Shown here piece by piece: positions 45,962-55,337 of a stretch of DNA of 64,000 nt (its first letter is position 1; the number at the start of each line of letters is the position of its first letter). Source of the stretch: a virus (lineage: Duplodnaviria > Heunggongvirae > Uroviricota > Caudoviricetes); IMG/VR virus record IMGVR_UViG_3300044716_000631. One strand, 5' to 3'. The notes under the pieces are model-generated. The model had not been told where the DNA came from, searched no databases, and was given only the letters and a program-made list of their open reading frames with translations. The position numbers were made by a program, and so were the translations under genes.

Positions 45962-46135
45962 CTAGGCAATCCGGCCTATTCGATGAAGGAGACTGGCAAC
46001 CTTGGTTAACTCATCAGACGTATTACGTTCAGACTCTTCGGACTTGACAAGCATGTCCTTGTAGTAGAACAAAGCGTTCTTGATAAGTGGCATATCTGCA
46101 GGTGCAAATGTACCGCCTTTTGCTTCCTTAATCAT
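45962..46135 (-). CDS. small hypothetical protein (57 aa; internal start MIKEAKGG)
   Basis: TAATG overlap with upstream small ORF. Confidence 0.3.
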   Translation of the reverse strand: MIKEAKGGTFAPADMPLIKNALFYYKDMLVKSEESERNTSDELTKVASLLHRIGRIA

Positions 46136-46295
46136 TACTTCGACTCCAATAACCAAGTGTTAGCTGTGTCCATCCAGTCAAGAGCTTCAACTGGCAAAGA
46201 TTCACCACGACGCTTAGCGTTCAACAATTCGCAGAAAGTAACTTCTACTGCTTTCGGATTTTCCATAGTTGGAAATGCAAACAATTCGACTTCCA
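46135..46295 (-). CDS. small hypothetical protein (53 aa; not in ORF track)
   Basis: MEVELFAFPTMENPKAVEVTFCELLNAKRRGESLPVEALDWMDTANTWLLESK; GGAGG RBS. Confidence 0.3.
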
Positions 46296-46321
46296 TATTC
46301 ACCTCCGTGGTATACTATATA

Positions 46322-46522
46322 TCACTTCTTTGCAAAAATTGCAAAAAGAAATATGAATAAAATTGCAATCACAGCAATGGCAAATGAAATCCAGAAAGGA
46401 GCCAGTACCCATAGCCATGACCATGTAATATGTCCAGTAAGCTTAAGCGTGATGAAGATCAAACCAAGAATACCGAAAAATGGAAAATTAACAGAAACAT
46501 TAGAAACGTTTTTATTCGACAT
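46322..46522 (-). CDS. small membrane protein (66 aa)
   Basis: Two long hydrophobic helices. Confidence 0.4.
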   Translation of the reverse strand: MSNKNVSNVSVNFPFFGILGLIFITLKLTGHITWSWLWVLAPFWISFAIAVIAILFIFLFAIFAKK

Positions 46523-46524
46523 GA

Positions 46525-46827
46525 TTAAACTCCGTAATTATAGACGGTGAAGTGAGTGGCGTCAGACTTAAGACAATCTTGCATCGCACGATGATACGAG
46601 CGAGTATAAGTAGTCTTATCTGGGCGAGACATTTCGCGACCGACCGAAACGGCGCGAGGCCCACGATAGCGAACACGAATAGTAGTGCCGGCGGCACGAT
46701 AGGCGTTGCGAACTTCTTCCAGTTTTTCGATAGGAATCCAATAAGCCAAAACGGGATAATAGCTGTCGGCAAGGCCTTCGGCCGGAACAGTGTATGTGTT
46801 TTGAATTTGTTCAACGGTAAGAGACAT
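46525..46827 (-). CDS. hypothetical protein (100 aa)
   Basis: ORF preferred over overlapping frame 46512-46856; TTGACA-N16-TATAAT promoter at 46855-46882. Confidence 0.4.
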   Translation of the reverse strand: MSLTVEQIQNTYTVPAEGLADSYYPVLAYWIPIEKLEEVRNAYRAAGTTIRVRYRGPRAVSVGREMSRPDKTTYTRSYHRAMQDCLKSDATHFTVYNYGV

Positions 46828-46854
46828 AATATATTCCTTTCAACTGATATTATC

Positions 46855-46882
46855 ATTATATACTAAATCAAAATAATGTCAA
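46855..46882 (-). promoter_or_regulatory. sigma70-type early promoter (TTGACA-N16-TATAAT)
   Basis: Perfect -35 and -10 hexamers on minus strand. Confidence 0.5.
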
Positions 46883-46899
46883 CAATTATTTTGCACCTA

Positions 46900-47160
46900 T
46901 TAAATAAAAATATTTTCATAAACATGCCAAACAAAATCGCCTACCAACACCGTTGCGAGGTGATGCTCATTGTTGTTATAGATCGTGTAACCAGTGCCGT
47001 AGACGTTAAACTGACGTTGAGTCATTGGTCGAGTAGGATCTTGTTCGACCCACATTTGAAGCTGACCATACTGCATGCCGATGTGAAGAATTTCTGCTTC
47101 CAAAGGAAGAGAGATGCCGTTAAAACCAATAATTAGCGGATACTTATAGATAGTTCTCAT
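46900..47160 (-). CDS. hypothetical protein (86 aa)
   Basis: ORF. Confidence 0.4.
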   Translation of the reverse strand: MRTIYKYPLIIGFNGISLPLEAEILHIGMQYGQLQMWVEQDPTRPMTQRQFNVYGTGYTIYNNNEHHLATVLVGDFVWHVYENIFI

Positions 47161-47492
47161 TTTATTTCCTTATAATGTAAGAGCCATTTGGCCCGATCAA
47201 CAACCCACTTATCAAACGGTAAATGTGTACCGGTTGCACCAGACCAGTCAGCAAAGGCTTCGTCGTAGAAGCCGATATCTTTCCTCTGCTTCTGCAGCTC
47301 GACTAACTCGTCAGCCCATTGTTGCCACTTTCCATCGTCAACTACATTCTCGTCAAGAACATAGTAAAGATAAGAGTGAACCAACATCTGTGTCCTACGT
47401 TGGCGAATCTTTTCAGACAAAGTCTGGATTTCATTCACCATAGGATCGTCATTGAGCCACGCAGAAAGATCGGTCATTATTCCGACAACCAC
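47157..47492 (-). CDS. hypothetical protein (111 aa)
   Basis: ORF. Confidence 0.4.
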   Translation of the reverse strand: MVVGIMTDLSAWLNDDPMVNEIQTLSEKIRQRRTQMLVHSYLYYVLDENVVDDGKWQQWADELVELQKQRKDIGFYDEAFADWSGATGTHLPFDKWVVDRAKWLLHYKEIK

Positions 47493-47869
47493 TTGGCAAT
47501 TGAACCGAACTTAAGACCAAACTTGTACTCGAGAATCTCGAGACCGTAGAATTCAAACTCACCATCGGAAACACCTTCGGCTTCTGCGATGATCTCGATT
47601 GCACGTTCACGAGTGGAGCTTTGAACGAGGCGCATCGTTTCTTCAACGCGAGCAACAAACTCGACAAAGTTGCGTTCGTTCCAAGCTTGCTCAAGCTCGT
47701 TCTGCTCGTTGAGCATCTCAACAAGACGCTCAAAGTCAGCATCAAAAGCTTCGGTAGAAGCGAACGTTACACCACGAGGACGAAAGCCATACACATCCTT
47801 GTGCAGGTCCGAATAGATGTCACCATCACGGCTATTGGTTGCAGCATTGATATCAGAAAGCGTAAGCAT
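47477..47869 (-). CDS. hypothetical acidic protein (130 aa)
   Basis: ORF downstream of conserved promoter cassette. Confidence 0.4.
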   Translation of the reverse strand: MLTLSDINAATNSRDGDIYSDLHKDVYGFRPRGVTFASTEAFDADFERLVEMLNEQNELEQAWNERNFVEFVARVEETMRLVQSSTRERAIEIIAEAEGVSDGEFEFYGLEILEYKFGLKFGSIAKWLSE

Positions 47870-47901
47870 TTTGAATTCCTTCGTTCATTCCTTATATTAT
47901 T

Positions 47902-47930
47902 AGTATATCAAAACTTTCAAATAATGTACA
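47902..47930 (-). promoter_or_regulatory. early promoter in repeated cassette (PeSL-like, copy 3)
   Basis: Near-identical to 22.4 kb and 39.5 kb cassettes; stem-loop ATGCAC...GTGCAT at 47951-47976 then T-run. Confidence 0.45.
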
Positions 47931-47988
47931 TAAAAAAATGCACTCGGAATCAACCAAGTGCATTTTTATTTTTCATGCAATGAATGAC

Positions 47989-48384
47989 TTATTTTTTTCG
48001 ACCAATATTGTATTTGGTAACCAGAGTCCATTGATCTTTTTCCTTGAACGGAAGAATCTTAATCTGACTCAGCGGAGTCACAGGAGCTTTGATATTTTCT
48101 GGCTCTACAACCGCAATCAATCCCCAGTCTGAAAGCAACTGGACAATTGTATTTCTGCGACCCTTGTCTTCATCTGAAAAGTTTGAAGGTTTGCCATCTA
48201 AAGCAAACAATTCCTTGAAGTGTACAATGTAGTACTTGCCCTGCTTATGCAGAATGTGGCATGACTGATAGAGTGTGCTATCTTTGCGCGATGCAACTCC
48301 AATGCGAGTCAGTGTCTCACGTACTTTTAGGAAATCGTCTTCTTCTCCAAGTCTCACCTCAATTAAACTATCGATTAAACTCAT
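47989..48384 (-). CDS. regA: translational repressor RegA
   Basis: FLKVRETLTRIGVASRKDSTLYQSCHILHKQGKYYIVHFKE matches T4 RegA FLKVKETLTRMGIANNKDKVLYQSCHILQKKGLYYIVHFKE. Confidence 0.85.
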   Translation of the reverse strand: MSLIDSLIEVRLGEEDDFLKVRETLTRIGVASRKDSTLYQSCHILHKQGKYYIVHFKELFALDGKPSNFSDEDKGRRNTIVQLLSDWGLIAVVEPENIKAPVTPLSQIKILPFKEKDQWTLVTKYNIGRKK

Positions 48385-48785
48385 CTTTTTATCCCACCCT
48401 TATCAAGCTTTTTCTTTATTGTTTTTATCTGATCAGGTGTGAGGAGCTCGAGAGCGGTCTTGGCTTTTTGACGGTTGTATCCGAAATGTTCCATGATAGC
48501 TTCAAGATCTTCATCCTTTTCTTTTTTCACCCACTTGGAAAACCGTTTACTGGGTCGTATAATATTTATCAAGAAAGAATATTGAAGCTTATGGTCGGCG
48601 TGGTGGTTACAATTCATCATGTTTGCAGCATGAATAGTATCTGCAAAGTATGAAAGAGCTTTATTAGTAAGCCATGGGCTATAAGTCTTTTCGGCTAATT
48701 CGTCGTTTTCAGTTCCCTTCATCAGGTTTTTTTTCGACGTATTAATCGATGTTACAAAATCAAATGGGTTCATCCTGTTGTCCAC
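48381..48785 (-). CDS. 62: clamp-loader small subunit gp62
   Basis: Position between regA and gp44 as in T4; weak motif similarity (RPSKRFSKWVKKE vs T4 PRGKRYGKWAKLVE). Confidence 0.55.
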   Translation of the reverse strand: MDNRMNPFDFVTSINTSKKNLMKGTENDELAEKTYSPWLTNKALSYFADTIHAANMMNCNHHADHKLQYSFLINIIRPSKRFSKWVKKEKDEDLEAIMEHFGYNRQKAKTALELLTPDQIKTIKKKLDKGGIKR

Positions 48786-48954
48786 CCTTCATAATCACAT
48801 CAGCAGACTTATCAAAGAAGTCTGCACATTTCTCACAAATCTCAAGAGAAACCACGCCATCATCGGTATTCAATCGCATTTCATGGAACGGTACACTCTT
48901 GAGATACTTCTCTTCACACACGGCACATGTTTTGTTCCGAGCAAACCAGGTCAT
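48760..48954 (-). CDS. small zinc-ribbon protein (64 aa)
   Basis: CAVCEEK...CEKC four-Cys pattern; fills gp44-gp62 gap, overlapping both ends. Confidence 0.3.
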   Translation of the reverse strand: MTWFARNKTCAVCEEKYLKSVPFHEMRLNTDDGVVSLEICEKCADFFDKSADVIMKGGQQDEPI

Positions 48955-49886
48955 GCAAACGTACAGTCAGCCATGATCTCGGTTAGACAAGCAACGAGAT
49001 TGATTTCAGGATCAGCAGCGAATGAATTCTGATACTGGTACTTAGAGAGATGAAGTACCATCATTGGAATGCTACCAGCAACTAGATAAGTTTCAGCCTT
49101 ATCATAGAAGGCACGGAAGAATTCATTGGTATCCATGTCAGACTCAGCAACCCACTTACGAACAGCAGTGAAGTTCTTGTCCTTCATGTAACCAATCAGT
49201 TTGCCGAGAGAATCATCGCTAAAGTTACGAAGGATACCGGTATCAATACTTCCAGTAGCGCTGTAACGTTGGAGTTCGTTGATAACACGACGCCAATCTG
49301 GGAAATGCTTTTTGATAACTTCGACGACAGTTGATTTATCATAGGTTACACTTTCATTATCTAGAATACCACAAACACGACGAAGGAACTGCTTGGCTAG
49401 TTCCGGAAGTTCAGACTTGCGAATCTTAAACTTGACAACCGAACAACGAGAGTGGAGAGGCTCGATGATACGATCAACAAAGTTACAAGTTAGAATGAAA
49501 CCACAATTGGCACTGAACTCTTCCATAAAGTTACGAAGAGCTGGCTGAGTAGACTGAGCGTTCAAATAGTCAGCCTCATCAAGGATAACCATCTTACGGC
49601 CACCGGACAAAGAGACCGAGCTTGCAAAACGTGAGATGTCGTTACGCAGAGTATCGATGTTACCATTCATCGAGCCGTTGATTACGATATAGTCGCAACC
49701 AAGTTCTTCACACATGGCTTTGGCGACAGTTGTCTTACCAACACCTGCAGTACCAGAGAGAATGAGATTAGGAATGTTTTTCTGATCGACGAACTGTTGG
49801 AATACCTTCTTCAAATCTTCAGGAAGGATAGTGTCAGCAACAGTCTTGGGACGATACTTCTCGACCCAGAGGAATTCTTCAAGCAT
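48951..49886 (-). CDS. 44: clamp loader ATPase gp44 (RFC-like AAA+)
   Basis: EKYRPKTVADTILPED, Walker A GTAGVGKTT, DEAD-like ILDEAD, SRC motif LHSRCS. Confidence 0.85.
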   Translation of the reverse strand: MLEEFLWVEKYRPKTVADTILPEDLKKVFQQFVDQKNIPNLILSGTAGVGKTTVAKAMCEELGCDYIVINGSMNGNIDTLRNDISRFASSVSLSGGRKMVILDEADYLNAQSTQPALRNFMEEFSANCGFILTCNFVDRIIEPLHSRCSVVKFKIRKSELPELAKQFLRRVCGILDNESVTYDKSTVVEVIKKHFPDWRRVINELQRYSATGSIDTGILRNFSDDSLGKLIGYMKDKNFTAVRKWVAESDMDTNEFFRAFYDKAETYLVAGSIPMMVLHLSKYQYQNSFAADPEINLVACLTEIMADCTFA

Positions 49887-50007
49887 AATATCTCCATAAT
49901 AAAATAAGGTGCCGGTTACGAGTTCCGGCGTCGCCTTTTCGTATCGACCGCTTCACCCGAAGGTGCACTGTATACGCTGGCATCTTATGGTGGCCAGTCA
50001 CCAACTG

Positions 50008-50679
50008 TTAGCCCTGATAAGTAGAGCTAGACTCAACTGCAATCCAGTATTCAACATTCACGCCCTTGAAGTGGCTAAGTCCCTTTGCAGAGATCTGAAC
50101 GTTGTAGTTACCTGGAATTAGCTTGATATTGTCTGCACGGAAGACCATGCGGAAGTTGGCTGATGTAGTACCAACCTCAACACTATAAGCATCATGAGTC
50201 TTGCCTTCAGCATCAATTGCTTGAAGATGAATGGTATTACCATCACCAGTTACCGCGATATGAGGAAGCTGAGAAACGCTCAGTGCCTTCATCACCTGGT
50301 TCAGTGCTTCCTGAGTCAGAGTAAATTCAATCTCAGGATCTGGAAGAACGATATCTTTGTCAGGTGCAACCATAATCAAAGATGCATCAGACAGAGCGTA
50401 CTTGAACTTGTTCTTACCTTCACGCAGTTCTACCACCGAATCCTGAATATCCAGTTCTGCATCATTGAACAGAGACAGAGTACCAAGGAATCGTGACAGA
50501 TCATAGATGCCAAAGCCCTTAGGAATTTCTTGACCAATGGTGGACTTGGCCATTACCGACTTGGTATCCGAAATAGTGCGGATAACATTACCGGGCTTGA
50601 ACATAATGTTCTTGTTGATGGCCGAGAAATTCTTAAGTACTTGTAGTGTATTCGAATCAAACTTCATAATAATCTCCAT
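50008..50679 (-). CDS. 45: sliding clamp gp45
   Basis: LKNFSAINKNIMFKPG vs T4 LKNFATINSGIMLKSG; RFLGTLSLFND vs GFLGILSLVND; KLIPGNYNV vs KMQPGNYKL. Confidence 0.85.
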   Translation of the reverse strand: MEIIMKFDSNTLQVLKNFSAINKNIMFKPGNVIRTISDTKSVMAKSTIGQEIPKGFGIYDLSRFLGTLSLFNDAELDIQDSVVELREGKNKFKYALSDASLIMVAPDKDIVLPDPEIEFTLTQEALNQVMKALSVSQLPHIAVTGDGNTIHLQAIDAEGKTHDAYSVEVGTTSANFRMVFRADNIKLIPGNYNVQISAKGLSHFKGVNVEYWIAVESSSTYQG

Positions 50680-50697
50680 AATGTTTTACTATAAGCC

Positions 50698-50726
50698 AGT
50701 ATAAACTAGTTGCTTATAAATGTCAA
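50698..50726 (-). promoter_or_regulatory. sigma70-type early promoter upstream of gene 45 (TTGACA-N17-TATACT)
   Basis: Minus TTGACA 50721-50726, spacer 17, TATACT. Confidence 0.5.
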
Positions 50727-50730
50727 TCAC

Positions 50731-51588
50731 TTATTTTTTCTTAAGTTGGCCAACATCGGCCGTTGCTGCAGCTCCGATTTGAGCTAAGTCAACAAGACTA
50801 CCGCCGAATACATACATGCCGACGTGTTGTAGTTGCATCCATGGGCAGAACCATACCTTCATGCCAGCCTTACGTGTCCACTGGCAGAACATATAGTCTT
50901 CTGACAGATAGCGCTTTGAGTCTGGGCAGATAGGAGTATCGAAGAACGCCATGATCTCACGTGAACCATCGAAGTGTTCAGTGCGAACGTGGTCAGGCTT
51001 GTACATCTGCTGAGGATAAGCTTCCTGGAACTTGTCAAAGGTGTTACGGCGAATCATCATGAATCCGGTACCAGCTTCAAGAACTTCAACTGGTTCGCCA
51101 AGAGGAATTTCACCCTTGTCACCAGCAGGATTGAAGACGTAGTCACCTACATACTTTTCAAGCGTATTAGGATCTTCATCAGCAAAGCCCTTATCAACGG
51201 CAAGCTTAATCTTTTCCCAGCTGATGCACTTCTTCGGATAAGGACCTGCAATGATATCATAATCATCATCTTCTGGATTCTGCGACTGTAAAGCAAGCAG
51301 AGCAATCACGTCGTTGGCATTGAATCCGATGTCAGAGTCAATGAACATCAGGTGAGTATCACCCGAGCGCATGAATTCATCAGCACAGTAGTTACGTGCA
51401 CGAGTAATCAGTGATTCGTTGAAGAGGAAGTAGAATCGAACCTGAATACCATAATGAGTACAAAGAGCCGAGAGGTCAGCAATCGACCGAGTGAACATGC
51501 CGGCACATTGACCGCCATACATCGGAGCTGCTACAAAGAGCTTGCGCTCGCGAAGTTTTTCAATTGGAACATTGATTTCAATACCCAT
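50731..51588 (-). CDS. putative glycosyltransferase (GT-A-like, DxD)
   Basis: HLMFIDSDIGF acidic motif; 285 aa; family assignment tentative. Confidence 0.35.
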   Translation of the reverse strand: MGIEINVPIEKLRERKLFVAAPMYGGQCAGMFTRSIADLSALCTHYGIQVRFYFLFNESLITRARNYCADEFMRSGDTHLMFIDSDIGFNANDVIALLALQSQNPEDDDYDIIAGPYPKKCISWEKIKLAVDKGFADEDPNTLEKYVGDYVFNPAGDKGEIPLGEPVEVLEAGTGFMMIRRNTFDKFQEAYPQQMYKPDHVRTEHFDGSREIMAFFDTPICPDSKRYLSEDYMFCQWTRKAGMKVWFCPWMQLQHVGMYVFGGSLVDLAQIGAAATADVGQLKKK

Positions 51589-51590
51589 AA

Positions 51591-52019
51591 TTAATCCTTA
51601 TTTTCAGTGTCGTGTACGTGGAGTTGCATAATTGCATAGTGGATAACCTTGAGAAGGTCTTTGCGCCATTCGGCTGGATCGCCCTTGCGACCGTAACGTT
51701 GCGTGTACTTCATCATATTCCCAATATTGAAACCAGTCCCATGACCAGCGTCAATAATGAATTCTGTTGCTTGGAATTTATTTCGGGAATAATGCTGATT
51801 GTAAGTAGCATCGATGTAAGACTGAATCTCTTTCACGAGATTGCCTTCGTTATATTTATAATCGATTAAATGCTTTGCTTGAATTCCTGGAATAAAAGTT
51901 GCAATAGTTCCTTGAACCCCTTCGACACCAGTTATGCCTGTTGCATTCAAAGTAGATCCGTGTCCTATTGTAAGTTTTCCTGCATCACTCATTTCTTCTT
52001 CAATCCTTCTTGCACTCAT
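51591..52019 (-). CDS. hypothetical protein, DUF3310-like
   Basis: C-terminal FNIGNMMKYTQRYGRKGD resembles phage DUF3310 GNAxKYxxRxxxKG. Confidence 0.35.
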   Translation of the reverse strand: MSARRIEEEMSDAGKLTIGHGSTLNATGITGVEGVQGTIATFIPGIQAKHLIDYKYNEGNLVKEIQSYIDATYNQHYSRNKFQATEFIIDAGHGTGFNIGNMMKYTQRYGRKGDPAEWRKDLLKVIHYAIMQLHVHDTENKD

Positions 52020-53230
52020 TATAAAAACGCCTCCAATGATGCTTTCTCTTCATATGTGCTGGTTTGTGAATGATTATATTGAACGATATAATCTGTGTTT
52101 AGCATCTTCCTTTCACCCTTCAGGTATGCTACAACTTCGGTTGCCATATCAGTTGCAGTCTGAACTGGAACATTCTGGCAAATCATATTGGCGTTGCGTG
52201 GGCTTGCGTCGACCAGTTCAAAGTCTTGTGGCAGACCCATGATTGTCATTGCTTCGCGATAATTGATATAGCGATCCTGTGTAGGGTGAGCAAGCATAAC
52301 GGGATAATGACCGACAAAGGCACCGATATAGTCACGTGGGACAATTGTGTTACGTCGCATAATAGAGCCACCAGCAGCAAGCTTATTGTGACGATACTTA
52401 CACTTTTCAACTTCTCTTTCGTAACCATTGGCTTCCATCCACTTTGCTACCTCGAGGTAGTTAGTCTTGGTTTCAATATAAGCTAGAACGTCAGCATTAC
52501 GAGCAGACTCGGCTGGAATTTGCTGAGCAAACTGAGCATGAGTGATTCCACCTTCCAACTCTTCTAGAATGTAGCGATAGTACGGATCATCAATTGACGG
52601 AGTCTTTTTGTTAATCGGATCAGTCTGGAAGTTCGAGTTGATGTTGGTCAGCAACTGCTCAATAGGAGTATACGGACGATTGTAGAAGTTCAACATTGGA
52701 ACCTTATCGTCTCTCCAGAAGAAATAGAACGAACGCTCACGAACCTGAGGAATGCCATGCAACAAAGAACGAGTACGATACACAGTCATGGTGTATCCAT
52801 TCTCTTGGCCAATACGTTTTAGATTATTGCGAACTGTATCACCAACTTTACCAGCAAACCCTGGAGCATTTTCACCCCAGAGTACTCGTGGCTTCATGTT
52901 TGTAAGAACATATTCAGTACTTTCAGCCATCCAACGATTATTGGGGTTGTGATCGCCGTAGCCATGACTAAGCATAGAGAGACCAGCACAAGGACACACA
53001 CTGTGTACAACATCGACAGGATGCGGGTGAACACCACCTTGGTCAAGGAGGATATATGGAATGTCTGATTCATATTTGTTCTTATAGTAGTTTAAGATGT
53101 GCTTGTCATTTGCTTCAAACGGAGAGTAAGACAGAAAATAATCTGGCGCTCTACCATGAGCAGCATGAGCACCCAGAGTCTCACCACCAATGAGTGGTAC
53201 GATACTCGCATGAGTAAATTCACTTTGCAT
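52019..53230 (-). CDS. DNA (cytosine-5)-methyltransferase-fold enzyme
   Basis: C5-MTase motifs: PC motif VCPCAGLS (IV), GENAPGF (VI ENV-like), QVRERSFYFF (VIII QxRxR); N-terminal AdoMet motif atypical (PLIGGETLG). Confidence 0.6.
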   Translation of the reverse strand: MQSEFTHASIVPLIGGETLGAHAAHGRAPDYFLSYSPFEANDKHILNYYKNKYESDIPYILLDQGGVHPHPVDVVHSVCPCAGLSMLSHGYGDHNPNNRWMAESTEYVLTNMKPRVLWGENAPGFAGKVGDTVRNNLKRIGQENGYTMTVYRTRSLLHGIPQVRERSFYFFWRDDKVPMLNFYNRPYTPIEQLLTNINSNFQTDPINKKTPSIDDPYYRYILEELEGGITHAQFAQQIPAESARNADVLAYIETKTNYLEVAKWMEANGYEREVEKCKYRHNKLAAGGSIMRRNTIVPRDYIGAFVGHYPVMLAHPTQDRYINYREAMTIMGLPQDFELVDASPRNANMICQNVPVQTATDMATEVVAYLKGERKMLNTDYIVQYNHSQTSTYEEKASLEAFL

Positions 53231-54317
53231 CTAGAATCCTTTGCAATTCATACTGTTGAGTATTTTTATTCAGCGGATGAGTATCATACAAACATTCGTA
53301 CATACGATTACCAAGCTGAGCAAGTTCTTCAACACTCATATTTTCAATCGATTGAATAGAATTTCCTACGAAGGCATCGCCGTAGATAGCTCCTTCTTTA
53401 TCGGAGCAGAGCAGGATGGATTTACAATCAACAACCTGTTGAACTCGAGATCTCCACCAGCCAGAACCGGCATGGTAGTATTCTGGCATTAAGCATCCCC
53501 AGTTCCTATTATATATACGACACATTTCTGGTTCGATTACTCGTTCGCCCTTGAACTCACCACGCTTAGCACCAAAGCTCAGGATTGGCCAGCTAGGAGC
53601 CTGAAGCTTCAACCACTTCTGAGTTTTAGTTTGAATGAGAGATGAGAACACCCACTGCTTTTGCTTATCGTTCGGATCTACGATATCATCATCAAGAAAC
53701 GCAGCAAGACCCGAAACCTCTTCACCATAGTTATTGAATGGCGAGCGATTCAGGTTGTAGGGATTCGGGTTGTAAGTAAAGACTGGACCCTGCCAGTTCA
53801 AACCAAAGAGTGTAGGATCACCACCAGCAAAAGAACAAATCAGAAGACGATTCTTTTTGGCGTTGATAATCTTACAGGATTCGATGTAGTGGTTACGATT
53901 ATTCTTCAGAACTTCTACTGGTTCGTTACCAGCATACAGATCAAGAAGGTACGGACGAAACGCAGCTTCACCTTCGCCTTCTTCAAGATTTTTTTGATAA
54001 CCAGTAAAGCTGGTAAAGACCTGATCTACCTGCCAATCATCAAAAGCCAGAATACAATCTGGTCGAGCTGCTACAGCCCAGAGACCAGAATAAAGACGCT
54101 GGCAAAAAGACTGAACCGAGTGAAGATAGACAATCACTTCATCGTAGCTCGAAAGATCTTCGCCCTGTTCTACAGGACGCTGCTCAACTTGCCAACCCAT
54201 ATCTTCGAGACAACGAATCAATGAGAAGTGAGAGTTTAGAATTTTCAGTTGCTTACGCTGAAAGTAGTCTCGTTCATTTTGTTCAGCGTTAAAGCCGGTA
54301 ATCAAAATCTTTTTCAT
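53220..54317 (-). CDS. putative DNA glycosyltransferase (hmC glucosyltransferase candidate)
   Basis: 365 aa, N-terminus MKKILITGFN reminiscent of T4 beta-GT MKIAIINMGN; adjacent to dCMP hydroxymethylase; assignment by context. Confidence 0.3.
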   Translation of the reverse strand: MKKILITGFNAEQNERDYFQRKQLKILNSHFSLIRCLEDMGWQVEQRPVEQGEDLSSYDEVIVYLHSVQSFCQRLYSGLWAVAARPDCILAFDDWQVDQVFTSFTGYQKNLEEGEGEAAFRPYLLDLYAGNEPVEVLKNNRNHYIESCKIINAKKNRLLICSFAGGDPTLFGLNWQGPVFTYNPNPYNLNRSPFNNYGEEVSGLAAFLDDDIVDPNDKQKQWVFSSLIQTKTQKWLKLQAPSWPILSFGAKRGEFKGERVIEPEMCRIYNRNWGCLMPEYYHAGSGWWRSRVQQVVDCKSILLCSDKEGAIYGDAFVGNSIQSIENMSVEELAQLGNRMYECLYDTHPLNKNTQQYELQRILDAK

Positions 54318-54982
54318 TATTTCACCAAGTTAAAATGACGTTCATAAACGTGGAGTGAACCAACATGCCAGACGATCTTTGGTTCTTTTGTCAGCCTCAA
54401 GTCTTCAGTCAGACAATCAGCAACATACTTCTGCCATGCATAGTCATTACGATAGCCAAAGACAACATCATTGGAACGCATCTGAACTACTGCTACCAAC
54501 TGATCGTCGCGAATCATGTACTGCACTGCGTTTGTGCACATGAAATCAGACATACCATCACGATTATAATCCTGCCACATGGTAGGACGAGTGTAGATCA
54601 TGACAGCACGACGACTGTTTGGAGATTCCAGTAACTCACCTAGAACATTAACATATTGTAGATAGTTATCTTTGTGCCAGATAGCCCAGCCATAGTTGGA
54701 ATTAATCTTGCCGGAACTATCAGCAACAGAAGTCCAGATCTCTGGCGGATTTGCTTCTTGCTTACCACCAGGAATATCTTTCACATAGAGAGACATTGAC
54801 TTGTACCAGTCAAGTTCACGTTGGATGTAGTCTTCATTCGGCTTACCGAAGATGGCTGGTTCGTTTGCTTCGAACGTAGCACCAATCATTTCGATAGTCT
54901 TGACACCAGTTTTGTCAGTGACAAACCGTTCAGACTTCAGTTCCTGGATGAAGTAATCTCGAATGTGTTCAACCTTCAGCAT
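54317..54982 (-). CDS. 42: dCMP hydroxymethylase (T4 gp42)
   Basis: FVTDKTGVKTIEMIGATFEANEPAIFG...RAVMIYTRPTMWQDYNRDGMSDFMCTNAVQYMIRDDQLVAVVQMRSNDVVFGYRNDYAWQKYV closely matches T4 gp42. Confidence 0.85.
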   Translation of the reverse strand: MLKVEHIRDYFIQELKSERFVTDKTGVKTIEMIGATFEANEPAIFGKPNEDYIQRELDWYKSMSLYVKDIPGGKQEANPPEIWTSVADSSGKINSNYGWAIWHKDNYLQYVNVLGELLESPNSRRAVMIYTRPTMWQDYNRDGMSDFMCTNAVQYMIRDDQLVAVVQMRSNDVVFGYRNDYAWQKYVADCLTEDLRLTKEPKIVWHVGSLHVYERHFNLVK

Positions 54983-55337
54983 TCAGTGTGCCTCCAATTT
55001 TGCTGCCATCGATCTTGATAGGACGATTTACAAGATCTCGTTTTGTATCTTGGCCTTCCATCTTTCCACGGCTGTAGGAGACAAAGAAGGATAGGTAGTT
55101 GATGGCATCTTTGGCCGAGTCTTCGAGCGATTCAAAGTTGGCTGTCTCGCCTTGTTCCATCGCTTCCATAACAGAATAAATTCGAGTAATTTTCTGATGG
55201 ACCATATCAAGAATCGTAGCACAACCACGCGGATAATGATCAGCCTGACGAATACGCGACTTTTCATTTTGATAATCTTTCGACTTTCGTTGTTGAAGTT
55301 CAGCACATTCTTGTAGGACTTTAAGAGATTCACGCAT
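54969..55337 (-). CDS. MazG/HisE-like NTP pyrophosphatase (candidate dCTPase, gp56 analogue)
   Basis: All-alpha NTP-PPase-like pattern; position next to gene 42. Confidence 0.35.
   Translation of the reverse strand: MRESLKVLQECAELQQRKSKDYQNEKSRIRQADHYPRGCATILDMVHQKITRIYSVMEAMEQGETANFESLEDSAKDAINYLSFFVSYSRGKMEGQDTKRDLVNRPIKIDGSKIGGTLNAEG

Noticed and set aside
52019-53230. Interpreting the 403-aa protein as a second hydroxymethylase
   Set aside because: Its motifs (PC, ENx, QxRxR) belong to the AdoMet-dependent C5-MTase fold, not to the thymidylate-synthase fold of dCMP hydroxymethylase found at 54317-54982.
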